This document shows positions 1-10,793 of a stretch of DNA of 39,044 nucleotides, in pieces. Within the stretch, counting starts at the first letter, position 1; each line of letters starts with the position of its first letter. A program made the translations under genes and the position numbers. This DNA comes from Nemertoderma westbladi (taxonomy: Eukaryota > Animalia > Xenacoelomorpha). The stretch lies in the NCBI GenBank assembly GCA_032718475.1, contig JAUCBJ010008144.1:1-39044 (forward strand), given 5' to 3'. The notes under the pieces were generated by a model. The model was not told the origin of the DNA. It saw nothing but the letters and a program-made list of their open reading frames with translations, and did no database searches.

Positions 1-815
1 TACAACAGAGAGGACCAGTCATGCCGCGGCAAGGCAGATTTCGTTGTTCTGCTAGCACGCAGACTAAGTCTTACCTTGGCCACAATAAGGCGGTGATCAC
101 TGGAGAAGGGTCGAAGTGTAAATGCATTACAGTCTTGTATAGAGCTCCTGTATTTCCTACGAAACAGAATATGGTCTATCTGGGACTTGTGACCACTGGG
201 TCCACTATGAGTCCATAGCTTTCCAGTTCGCTTCTTGAACTGGGTTCCAGCCGAAAACAATCCATTTCCAGAGATAAAATCCTGAAGATGGACAGAATTT
301 CGGTTAACACTATTGCTATAGACCCAGGGCGATGTAGGTGATTGATGCAGACTTGCATTAAAGTCTCCCAGGAATGTTAAGAATGCATGCTGATTCACTC
401 CATCAGTAGCTGCTTGTAGATTGTGGTAGAAATTTTCCACCTCCTCTACAGGGGCAACACTAGTTGGAGAGTAGCATACAATCAGAACCACCTTAGGAAA
501 CTTCTTAGCCAGTCTTCCAGAACATGAGAAGTGGCAACGGATGATGCGGTTAGAGATTTGGTCTATTTTGTCCAATGCTGCATGTGCAGTTGGATTCATC
601 AATAGACCAATTCCACCATTGCCACTATCATCTGCTGACGCGAGGGCGAGTTGCCAACCGCCCCCCATGTCCTTAATCAGAACCTCATCAGTCTGTCCAG
701 TCTGCATTCGGTGCTCTTGAACACCCACTGCGCTAAGAGAAAGCTTATCTGCCAAGGCAGTCAGCTCACCTTGTCGCATTGGGGACCCGAGTGTTAGGGT
801 GTTTACTGAGGCTAG
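1..815 (-). mobile_element. Degenerate LINE (RTE-like) AP-endonuclease fragment
   Basis: Minus-strand frames show the APE motifs in order: SVNTLTL, AVGVQEHR, GNGGIGLL, VCYSPT, FLGDFNA, SQIDHIL, SSDHRLIVAKVRL. The frames are broken by frameshifts and the element runs off the window edge. Confidence 0.8.
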
Positions 816-1249
816 TCAGTAAGTTTATATGTAGCATGTAGGTCAGTAGGTCTAAAATGAAAAAAAAACGCGAGCGAAGCGAGCGAAATGTTTTTATTTT
901 AACAATGCAAAATGGAAAAGAAACGCGAGTGAAGCGAGTGAAATTTTTTATGGCAAATTATTTTTCTCATTAAATTGCAGTTTTGCACACACTTTATAAC
1001 TTTTTTACACCTCATCAGCGCACTTTATGACTTTTAATATTTTGCACAGATTACCGCGCACTTTTGGTGTTTTTCACACAATTCCGCGCACTTTTATTTC
1101 AATTCCGTGCACTTTTACCGCGCACTATTTCAAAACCACGCACAACGCGTTGCGATTTTTGCACTCCATTTGCAGCCTGGATACTATGGACTATTTACAT
1201 CAAACTAGGATTGATTAACGAGCGAAGCGAGTGACACAAAAAGCTAAAG

Positions 1250-1355
1250 CTACGGGACCTAAACACTACAGGCAGACAGGACCTAATGCTACTGACCTAA
1301 CTCAGTAACTGCCTAAGTATACCGATTTGGACCTAACGCTACCAGGCTGCCAGAT
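1250..1355. repeat. Array of GGACCTAA(A/C)GCTAC-like subrepeats (dispersed MITE-like family)
   Basis: Repeated ggacctaa-nn-ctac units. The same motif recurs inverted at 2985-3110 and direct at 3270-3480. Confidence 0.5.
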
Positions 1356-1689
1356 TGTACATTTGGCCTACCCACGAAAGAGATTCTCAAAAATGTTTCC
1401 ATTTCGTGCACAACTTTTATATATTAGCACAATTTATTAATTTATAGGCCTATAGGCTAATGACAGAATTACTACTGGTTGCCAGTAGGCGTAGTCCTAG
1501 ACAGACTGACACATAAGGACTCTGCATACTGGAAGCATCATCGACCAATCAAAATTGCTAATCATCCCCTTCTATTCCCTTAGAAATTGGAGCCCTCCTA
1601 TTGGCTTGTTTGTTTATAGTCTTACTCTTGATGCGGATTTCAAGCAATGTTAGAATTTTGAATAGTAATTTGTACCCTTCTATTGGCCT

Positions 1690-1895
1690 GTTTAGGGGTG
1701 ACTAGGCCAGCTTTACTCCCCAGAGGAAACTCTAGTACTCATTTAGCTACCACTTAAGGATGCAAGGCAGAGATGCGCCCTGGCTGGTCCCTTTAAAGCA
1801 TTCGTGCCGAAACGAAAACTGCCCTGGCCCATGTGAGGATTGAACCCACGACCTACAGGAGATGTGAATTCAATGCAACCACTACACCAAGGTGG
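1690..1895 (-). mobile_element. tRNA-derived SINE
   Basis: On the minus strand a Pol III A box TGGTGTAGTGG (1889-1879) and B box GGTTCAATCC (1846-1837) are followed by a non-tRNA body. The cloverleaf is degenerate and the 3' boundary is approximate. Confidence 0.65.
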
Positions 1896-2110
1896 AACCT
1901 ATAAGCTGAGGGTAAGGTAGAAAGCTGAACAGCCAATACAATTACAGGAGGCGTTTAATTGCTAAGATGCACTGTCAAGACAACGGAATAAATAATAACA
2001 GAAACAGCTGGGATTAAATAGGCTTGCAGTTACACATCACAGACTGATTGCTTACTTACAGGCAGTCTTCTGATAAAGTATTATATATAGTTATAGAGTC
2101 ATAGTCTTAC

Positions 2111-2263
2111 GGCATAGTCGGCGGCAATAACGTCACTGGCAGCCTTCCTCTTCATTCTGCTGGTGGGGTTGCCATCAACAGCAAAGTCGGGGAACGCAAC
2201 AACTTTCTTGATTGCAATCTCCGACTTACATTCCCCCTTCATCGTCTTATTCCTGACGCCGGC
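2111..2263 (-). CDS. Internal exon (153 bp, phase 0-0) of an unidentified gene
   Basis: Acceptor ...ttccttag and donor gtaaga enclose the open frame AGVRNKTMKGECKSEIAIKKVVAFPDFAVDGNPTSRMKRKAASDVIAADYA. It is a GC-richer island in AT-rich flanks. Confidence 0.65.
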
Positions 2264-2640
2264 CTAAGGAATGCAATGCAAACATAATGAATTAAACTAA
2301 GTTGACTCAATAATAAAAATAAAATTACTATCTATTATATCAAATAAGAATAAAGAATGCATTGCATGTGTTGAGTATATTATTATTATAAATTAAACTT
2401 AGAAATTAATATCCAAGGTGCTGTTTAAATCAGTCATAGTGAGCAGTATTCATTCAGTTTTGTATACCGGTACCTAAACCACGCCGTACCGTACCCGTGC
2501 ATTGTGTCTGTATATCTGGTACATGTATGTATGTATATAACCGTGAATATATTACTAATAATAATAAATAGTACCGGTACTACTAATAGTTCGTACATCT
2601 CTAAAACAAAGAACACTATATAATAATAAAATTAACTTAC

Positions 2641-2829
2641 ATTTCCGTGGTAGTCCTTGGCAAATACGCAATAGCGTAGTTGGCGTGCCACACTGATGAA
2701 CGGTATGCCGACGTCAGGAACTCCGCTCATTCCACGTGTCATCCAGTGCGTGTATGGCGCACCGACGAACACACCAGGATCCGGGTCCCAGAATTGTGAC
2801 AACGGGACCGAAATGGTTCGTACGGTGTA
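2641..2829 (-). CDS. Internal exon (189 bp, phase 0-0) of the same gene, possibly Fn3-like beta-sandwich
   Basis: Acceptor gcttccag and donor gtaagt enclose YTVRTISVPLSQFWDPDPGV...LRYCVFAKDYHGN, which splices in frame to the 2111-2263 exon. YCVFAKDYHGNAG resembles an Fn3 C-terminal strand (weak inference). Confidence 0.65.
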
Positions 2830-2984
2830 CTGGAAGCAACTTATTAGCAATTATGATTAGCAATTTTGATTGGTCGATGATGCTTCCGCATGCGGTGTCC
2901 TTATGTGTCAAGTCTAGACAGTTACAGTACTGAAGATGATATATGTATTTACAGCTATAGCCAGACAGCGCCAGATATTAGTCC

Positions 2985-3480
2985 CAGTAGCTTTAGGTCC
3001 TGGCAGCCTGGTAGTTTTAGGTCCTGGTAGCATTAGGTCCGTGGCGTTAGGTCCTGGCAACCTGTTCAGCTGTTAGCGTTAGGGCCGTGCCATTCGGTCA
3101 GTAAGTCCACCCAGGTCAGTATAACCAGGCAGGTTAGTATAAAGGAGCAGGTTACAGAGGCGAGTTGAAAGGAACCAAAACAATAAACGAGAGTTAGGAA
3201 TAATATAGTTGAGAATTAGCTCTCTCATGTACAGTAGGCTTCAGGAACATGGCCTAATGATGTAATGCACCAGGACCTAAAGCTACATGACCTAACCCTG
3301 TAAGGCTACAGTACTTAATATCGCCAGGACCTAAAACTATGGGCTGATGGGGCTAAATGCTAGTAAGTACTGTACTGTAGTAGGGTAGTGCCTAAGACGC
3401 TGTATATTTTCCAATTACAATAAACTAAATTCAATTGTTACAGGACCTATAGTATACCGGTTTGGACCTAACGCTACATT
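2985..3480. mobile_element. MITE-like element with inverted subterminal GGACCTAA repeats
   Basis: The left part has ttaggtcc units and the right part has ggacctaa units. Termini were not resolved. Confidence 0.45.
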
Positions 3481-3944
3481 ACCACTGACTAGGTCTAATT
3501 AGAAGATGTTCCATACAGGAAATATGGTTCATGGACAATAGCAGGTTTCCATATTACACACACACACACACACACCGACATACAAACAGACATACTGTAC
3601 AAACAGACGAATTGACTTTTCAATGTTGATTAAGCATCGCCCTGACTTGGAAAATTGACGTGTTTACAGAATTCGACTTTGCAAAACTGTTATTTATGAG
3701 TAAAACTATAATGTGTCATTTTGACCCAAACGGCCCTTGGCGTTGCCTAAATAATAAAAGTCAAATTAAAAAAATGTGTTAAAGTAAAAGTTGTGACACG
3801 GTTACATTTGGATAGAGCATAAAAAAGTAGGAGAAGTCATGAAATATTGTGACCCCAATCATTATATTGAATTTGTACAATACATGTAAACTTCATTTTG
3901 GGTCAATTTGACCCAAAGGGTCCTCGGCGGGTTAAGGGTTTAAT

Positions 3945-4480
3945 TTGCTTGTAAAGGATTCCTCACGCTCACATCCTCAATGCCAAGCTCCAAATCCAAT
4001 GACGTCTCCTGTAATGTCGTTTACTCTTTCTCTTGTCCCTCTTGTAAGGGGGAATATGTTGGACACACCATCCAACACTTGTTGGAACGCGATAGACAGC
4101 ACAAGATTGGGACGGCCAATGATGGAAGTAAGACTACACAGCCACATCATGACCCACCGCGGCGATCCCAATAGACGTTGGCTGAGTGACTGGCGTGAAT
4201 TGTTAATTGTTAAACATTTCAAAGTAATTGCTAGACACCCATTGCGCCCAGTCTTGCAAAAGCTTGAAATGTATTACATTCAAACACGCAAGCCCGCTAT
4301 CAACAAGCAGAAACGTGATTGGCTTAAGTTTGTGGTGCTGCTTCCCAGTGGTTAGTTGCCTACAGACCTCTCTCTTCATTTCAATACTCGTTCTGTCATC
4401 CTTTGTTATTGTCTCTCTACATTTCCTGTTTGGCTTCCTGAGAATGCCTTGATCTGCGTGGCGAAACCTACCGATCATTT
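3945..4480 (+). mobile_element. Penelope-like element 3' remnant (GIY-YIG endonuclease, frameshifted)
   Basis: NVVYSFSCPSCKGEYVGHTIQHLLER..H followed in another frame by FKVIA...LEMYYIQTRKPAINKQ is the typical PLE GIY-YIG pattern. A degenerate hammerhead-like core follows at 4438-4476. Confidence 0.8.
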
Positions 4481-7359
4481 GGCTGCTGTCAGCTGATCAC
4501 TGATTGCATGCAACGTCTAGGTCTTGTTGCTTTTTAGTTTTTTATATACTGTACTTTAGTACTGCAAACCTTCCGGTAAGGTTGTTTACTTAACGTGCTT
4601 GATAAATAAATAAATATAATTCGTAATTATTGGTTACTCAAGCTTCTACTTCAATAAATAGGTTAACATAATAATATAATCGGGTTAAATTATTATTAGT
4701 TGAAATACAGTAGTCTTGCACTTTCCCCATTACTAGTATCATAAACGAAACTTTATATTACCACCATCAGATACGCCGCAAACTTAGAACACAAATACCG
4801 CTATACTGTATTGTTCACGAGTAGATGAGACACGTTGAGGTAACATTGAGGACTATCAGTGCACCTTAATGGCCTACAAATTAACTTGAAGAGTTCAGTG
4901 CACCTTAACACACATTAATAGTTGAGTTCAGTCAATGCACCTTAGTACATAATACTGTAGTTGAGGGCACTCGGTGAACCTTAGCTGGCCCATTTTATGG
5001 TGACCATTTTATATTTGCTTCCCATGAAATTCGACAGCAACACCCACAGAGGGTTTACAGATTGTTCAACTTTGGGAGTTAATGTGGGGCCCTCCTTGCC
5101 TGGCAGTTAACAGCAAAAGAGATGAGTCTTCGCGTTGCTTCCGGTGTGTCGTATTTCACCTGTACAGATAACTTTACTTTTATTGTTTGGGATAGAATAG
5201 ATCATTACTGTAACCTGTTCCTTTCCATGATTGTTGTCGGCATTTGAATAACGAATTCAAATTAAATTAAAGCATGAAAATATGGTGTGCTGTGAATAAT
5301 ATAGATGTTCTCTCCTGTAGGAATGAAACCATAACAAACACAGTTAGATGAATTCACTCTGCAATTAATTCATTAAGCAGGTTAATCTCTGTAACTAATA
5401 TGACACATTTATAAGAAGAAAAACATCCCTTATAATATAATATTTTGCAATAATATATAATAATATGAACAGGAAAATATTATATGTAATAGTAATAGTA
5501 ATATATAACAGTAATCGCGTTATAAATATACAAATCTGAAACATGACCTACTATAGTAAGTCATGTCTGAAAATTAAACTAACATAATTATATAATATAT
5601 AAAAAATAAATAAACAGGTAAACAATAGAGTCTTACACCCCACAAACAACAAAAAAACATTGAATCAGGACATTACGCCCAAAATAGTACTCGGCCCTTG
5701 GGCCATCGACAAACCACAAACAATACAAACACAAAAACACGACATAAACAAAAAACAACAAACACAAATCAAATATATTAAATATGCTCAACATACAGGA
5801 GTGTCTCGCACCCTAACCCTAAGCCTAACCGCCATACACTAAATGATACCGGTATTATACTGCACAAAAGCTAAGCCTATATTCTATAATAAAATATATG
5901 ACATTATGTCGCCTCAAAACCGATGACCTATAATTATATAAGTAGAAGCCAATAATTGCTAAACAATTTAGGAAACATTCGGGGCATTGCGAGCGAAATT
6001 GACCGGCCTAACAATTCATCAATTAATAAAATAAATTAGATAAAAATAAAGTTGCCAATAAATTATGAAAATATAATAATTACATTTCTAGAATATTACT
6101 TTCTACTATTCGTTATATTATTCGTAAAATATGATATTAAATTATGAATTACAGAATAACCAGAAATAGTTTATCCCACGTCACGCCGACTGCATGGTCT
6201 TTTAGTTCTACTGTAGAGTGCATTATGCCGCACACCACGTGAATAAATATTCGCCAAAATTCGCATTCATAGAGTCACTGAAGTTAGTCTTCTATTCATA
6301 ACATAATCCTTGTACGTACATTATTGGTATATTATTGCGTGGGTGGTACTCAACAGCACAAACTCTATGGTATTGGGTTCATAAATCACAAGCGATAAGC
6401 AGTATTAGTATTATGTCATACCTGGAAATTCCCACTGATAAAGCTGAGTACTGTATATATAAGGATGGTAGAATAGACTACGTACTGTATAATGGTTTAT
6501 TTTATCGAGATGTGTGAATATTAGTTCCACGTTTCCAAATGCGATTTTGTTGGTGTTGGTAAATAAATTTTATATCACAATTGCATATTATAATGATAAT
6601 GATGGTCAATGTATTCTAAAAGGAGTAAACATTTACACCTATTTAATATATTTCTGTTCATAAATAATTAATCTACATTGTAATTTTCAGTATTTTTAAT
6701 TTAATCGTTCTTACTTATCCTCACAAATTTTATTGAACTATTTAGATACGCAATTTTATCATAAAAACCTATAATAATAGTATTATTATGTAATTAAGTT
6801 AATTTAAAATTCGCCAAATTAAGTTTCAATAATTGTACCTACAACAGGAAATGGTAGTGGGGTACTTACAGTAGTGTGGGGGTTGCCGCTACACATATAC
6901 CTATACGCTACACCTATACCCGATTGACTGTTGATTCATAAGCTGTTGATTCTAATCTCAATTAAATTGGGTTTTCTTCAATATCCCCTACTCTCGTTAG
7001 TCTCGTTTATTGTTTTGGTTTCTTTAAACCGCCCGCTGTTACCAGCTTGTTTTCTAAACTGGCTACAAGTAAGTGTATTTTATAATAACCACCGCGTTTT
7101 TGCTAAAAATCATTAATAATAAGGGCGAGGGTTTAATGAAAATAGCTGAAAATGAAAGAATATGGACAAACTTTTTAAAACCCTTGCCGACGGAGGTTAC
7201 CGAGGACTTCATAATTCAAAAAAGTCACTCCGAATCACAAAACTGATTAACTTATTTAATGCTTTTAATAGTATAGTGCGACATTGAAATAAGTATTTAA
7301 GCTACCTGGTGAAGAAAAATTGTAAAAAATGTTCCATACTTTACAAAAAAGTATTATAT

Positions 7360-7573
7360 TGTAGCAACTCACTCCATAGTCTGATAATAATGTCTGAATG
7401 TGAGTTGCAAATATCAAACCAAAATCTAGTTAGGAATCCTTAAAGTCTGATATCTAGTTGTTGTTATGATTCGTTGCCAGGCAACCAGCAACTCGTTCCT
7501 TCAGTATGCTGGGCCGTACAATGTACAGCATTGGTTTTTATATTATATTTATACATGAATTGCTGCCGCTACA
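7360..7573 (-). repeat. Gypsy 3' LTR (214 bp)
   Basis: Direct repeat of the sequence starting at 10251, with 6-bp terminal inverted repeats TGTAGC/GCTACA. Confidence 0.85.
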
Positions 7574-7598
7574 TGACCCCTACATGACCGTATAAAAG

Positions 7599-8495
7599 TC
7601 AGTCTTGGGTCCATGGGTGATGTAGGGACCCAAATGGACGCTCTAGGGGAGTCCGATGGGCGTCCCGCCGGACAAAAACGTATTTGGCGTCGTGTATATT
7701 CGTTGGAAATGATGACAGCGTTGGACCATGGCGAGATGTGGGTATCGGAGCAAACTGTCTGACTGTCTGACGGAGTTGAGGAAGGATTGTAGATGGGGTG
7801 TGCTGGGTGTCTGGAGCTGGTGGAAGGAATTCACCCGGGATAGTGAGGGGTTCGGATAGTGAGGGGTGAATGAGTTCGGCAGATGAGGTGCCCAAGTCCT
7901 CCTTGGGGGAGGTTCGGATGCCTACCAATACCCATGGTAACTCATCGACCCAATGCGGGCCAGTGAGGGAGGCACTTGAGGTGATGATGGAACCGCTCGA
8001 CCAGCCCATTGGCTTGTGGGTGGTAGGCTGTGGTGGGGTGCAGGCGGGTGCCCTGCAGCTGGTTGATGGCTGACCAGAGCTGCAAAGTGAATTGCTGTCC
8101 TCTGTCAGAGGACAAATCAGTAGGCACACTGAACCATGCAATCCAATCCAGTTCGCTATGAAGACTCGGGCGCAGTTCTCAGTAGTGGTCTCCATGAGGG
8201 GCACAGCCTCTGGCCATTGAGTAAATCGGTTCACTACTGTAAACAGGTGGGTGTACTCGCGGGAGAGTGGTAGGGGGCCAAGCAGATCCACGTGGATATG
8301 GTCAAACCGTCGGTGGGGAGCCTCAAAGGTGCTGAGGGGAGCGTGAATGTGTCGTTGAACCTTGGAGGATTGACATGTTACACAGGTTTGCCCATTCACC
8401 CACCTGTTTGCAGAGTCCATGCCATACAAACCTTTCAGCGATGAGAATCTTGGTGGTGCGCGCACCAGGGTGGGAAAACCCATGAATGGCGTCAA
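7599..8495 (-). pseudogene. Gypsy integrase remnant
   Basis: CVTCQSSKV zinc-finger half, rve core HIHVDLLGPLP, SSDRGQQF and HPQANGLVERFH in an alternate frame, and a GPY/F-like C-terminus (RTPLERPF). Confidence 0.85.
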
Positions 8496-10240
8496 AATCC
8501 CGATGTCTCCAAGCAGTGGGAACGATAGGGCATGGTTGTCTGACGGAGACGTCGCTGATCAGAGATGTGCCAGTTGGACCAAATGGGATGTCCTCTAACT
8601 GGAGCCCAGATATAGCAGTTCGGTAGGTGGGGATCTTTGCATCAGCTAGTTAAGCAGTTGCCATAGCTGTGTAGTCGATGTCGGGAAGACTGTTTCTCAC
8701 TGCGTGGATGTAGGGGAGGTCCTGGAGAGTGCATCTGCCACACAGTTATCCTTGCCAGCGATGTGTTTGATAGTTGTGGTAAATTCGGATATGTAGGCCA
8801 AGTGGCATTGCTGGCGGTTAGACCACGGGCCGCTGATCTTGGCGAAAGCGAATGTTAGCGGCTTGTTGTCAGTGTATGCTGTGAAAACGTGGCCCTCCAG
8901 GAACTACTTCTAAGTGACGCACCGCGAGGTACACTGCGAGGAGCTCCCAGTCGAATGCGCTCTACTTTATCTCTGGAAGACGTAGTTGGCAGCTGAAGAA
9001 AGCTAGTGGATACCACGAGTTACCACTTCCACTGCTTCCACTACACTATAGCTTCCACTGCTGTTCCAGAGGCGTCCACTGTAAGTGCAGTGCGGGTGTT
9101 TATGTTGGGCATGGGTGACTAGTGTTGCATGGGCGAGGGACTCTTTGCTGAAAGGCGGCCAAAATATCAGAAGTCCAGTCTAGAGTCTTCGGATTGCAGG
9201 CAAGGGCGCTGTGGAGTGGCTGCATGATGGCGGTAGCCACGGGGATAAACAAATGGTAAATCCATTTCGCGGTCGCGGCCATCCCCACGAACTCCTGCAG
9301 TCCCTTGATCGAGGTTGGCTGGGCGAATTCTCTGATGGCAGCGACCTTGTCCAGGAGCAGAACAGAACTCGAACAGGCTGAACGGCGTGATGACCGCGGT
9401 CTTGGCAATGTCCGTCTCAGTGACTGGGATCTGGTGGTAGCCGCACACCAGATCGATCTTTGAGAAGATCTTCGCTCTGGACAGTCTGGACGAGAAGTCC
9501 TGGATGTGGGGATGGGGCACTGGTCGGGAGTTGCGGCGTCATTGAGTCGCCTGTAGTCGCCACACAGCCGCAAACTGCCTGAGGGTTTAGGGGCCATGTG
9601 CTGCGGGGTGACACCTAGGTACTGTTGGACCAGCATCGGTATCTGGGTGGCATGGACAGTGGTGGGAGTGAAGGAGTTCTGGTGGGAGGCCTCCCACAGT
9701 GCATGAGCCTGGTCCATAACTCTGTCGAGGTCACGGAAGTCCTCTTTGGCAAGTTGGAGGCGTATTTCAGTCTGCATCTGATGGAGGAAGGCCTCCTCGA
9801 AGAGCAGACATGAGTGGTTGTTCCACAACTCCTCGACGAGATGCAAGCATCTCATCGAGGGATTGCGAGGGGCAATGGTCTCCGAGTCCATTAAGGTCCC
9901 ATAGGCAAGTGGCACGGTCTTGTTGGGAGATACCTTATGCCTTAATAAGTTGCGCTTTTAGTTTGTCATATTTCTCTACGGCAGGAGTGTCATGGATGAG
10001 CATCAGCAGCTGGCTGGCGGTATCCTGATCCAGTTCTTCCACGACGTAGTAATACTTTGTATCATCCGCTGTGATGCTGCAGATGACGAATTGTGCTTCA
10101 GGTTGCGTGAACCACACCTCTGGTTGAGAAGTCCAGAAGTTCGGCAGTTTGAGTGCAACAGCATTTGCGATCGCATTCTGGGCTTCAGCCATTGTTGCCT
10201 CAAAAGTACGTTTTGAGTTGAATGTAATGTCAGTTGTGCC

Positions 10241-10249
10241 GGGTCACCA
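10241..10249 (-). promoter_or_regulatory. Gypsy primer-binding site (tRNA-Trp-like)
   Basis: TGGTGACCC starts 1 nt after the 5' LTR on the minus strand and is complementary to the eukaryotic tRNA-Trp 3' end (..GGGUCACCA). Confidence 0.7.
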
Positions 10250-10250
10250 A

Positions 10251-10793
10251 TGTAGCAACTCACTCCATAGTCTGATAATAATGTCTGAATGTGAGTTGCA
10301 AATATCAAACCAAAATCTAGTTAGGAATTCTAAAAGTCTGATGTCTAGTTGTTGTTATGTTGGCAACCAGCAACTTATTCCTATGCTGCCGGGCCATACA
10401 CATATTTCCAATTGGGGTGTCGTTTCAGCCTTTGGAAGTATTTCTGGGCTTCTAATTGGCTGTTTCTTCAATAAGCTCACCTCATTGGCTAACACTCTCC
10501 CATAGCCAAAAGGTGTGTCGGTTCAGCCTAATTGCCAGAAGGGGCTCACTCAGAGAGTTTCCCCAAGCAACATCCCTTTTGGCAATTAGGCTGAACAGAC
10601 ACACCTTTTGGCTTTCGAAGAGTGTTAGCCAATGAGGTGGGCTTATTGAAGGAACATCCAATTAGAAGCCAATAAATACTTCTATAGGCTGAAACGACAC
10701 CCCCAATTTGAAATATGCGGGCGTGCAATGTACAATGTACATCATTAGTTTTTTATTCTATTTTAAACATAAAAATATGCTGCGGCCACTATA
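10251..10793 (-). repeat. Gypsy 5' LTR interrupted by a MITE
   Basis: Matches 7360-7573 on both sides of an insertion at 10399-10730. The right end is degraded (..ccactata). Confidence 0.75.
10399..10730. mobile_element. Palindromic MITE with TA target duplication (Tc1/mariner-type)
   Basis: Imperfect inverted arms of ~145 bp (10401-10543 and 10574-10718) flanked by TA (10397-98, 10731-32). It is absent from the sister LTR. Confidence 0.8.

Larger units (their letters stand above)
7360..10793 (-). mobile_element. Degenerate, internally deleted Ty3/Gypsy LTR retrotransposon
   Basis: LTRs lie at 7360-7573 (TGTAGC...GCTACA) and 10251-~10793. Gag (9935-10192, KLPNFWTSQPEVWF), RT fragments (LRLCGDYRRLN, KIFSKIDL..GYHQIPV), RNase H remnant (LTVDASG) and integrase (HIHVDLLGPLP, WPEAVP) are in gypsy order RT-RH-IN. 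Many frameshifts; no clear TSD. Confidence 0.9.

Noticed and set aside
866-1235. Recurrent GCGAGCGAAGCGAG motif and TTTT..CGCAC units
   Set aside because: Looks like a common interspersed-repeat fragment; no termini or function can be supported.
1830-1895. Possible tRNA gene
   Set aside because: A and B boxes are present but no convincing acceptor or anticodon stems; better explained as a SINE head.
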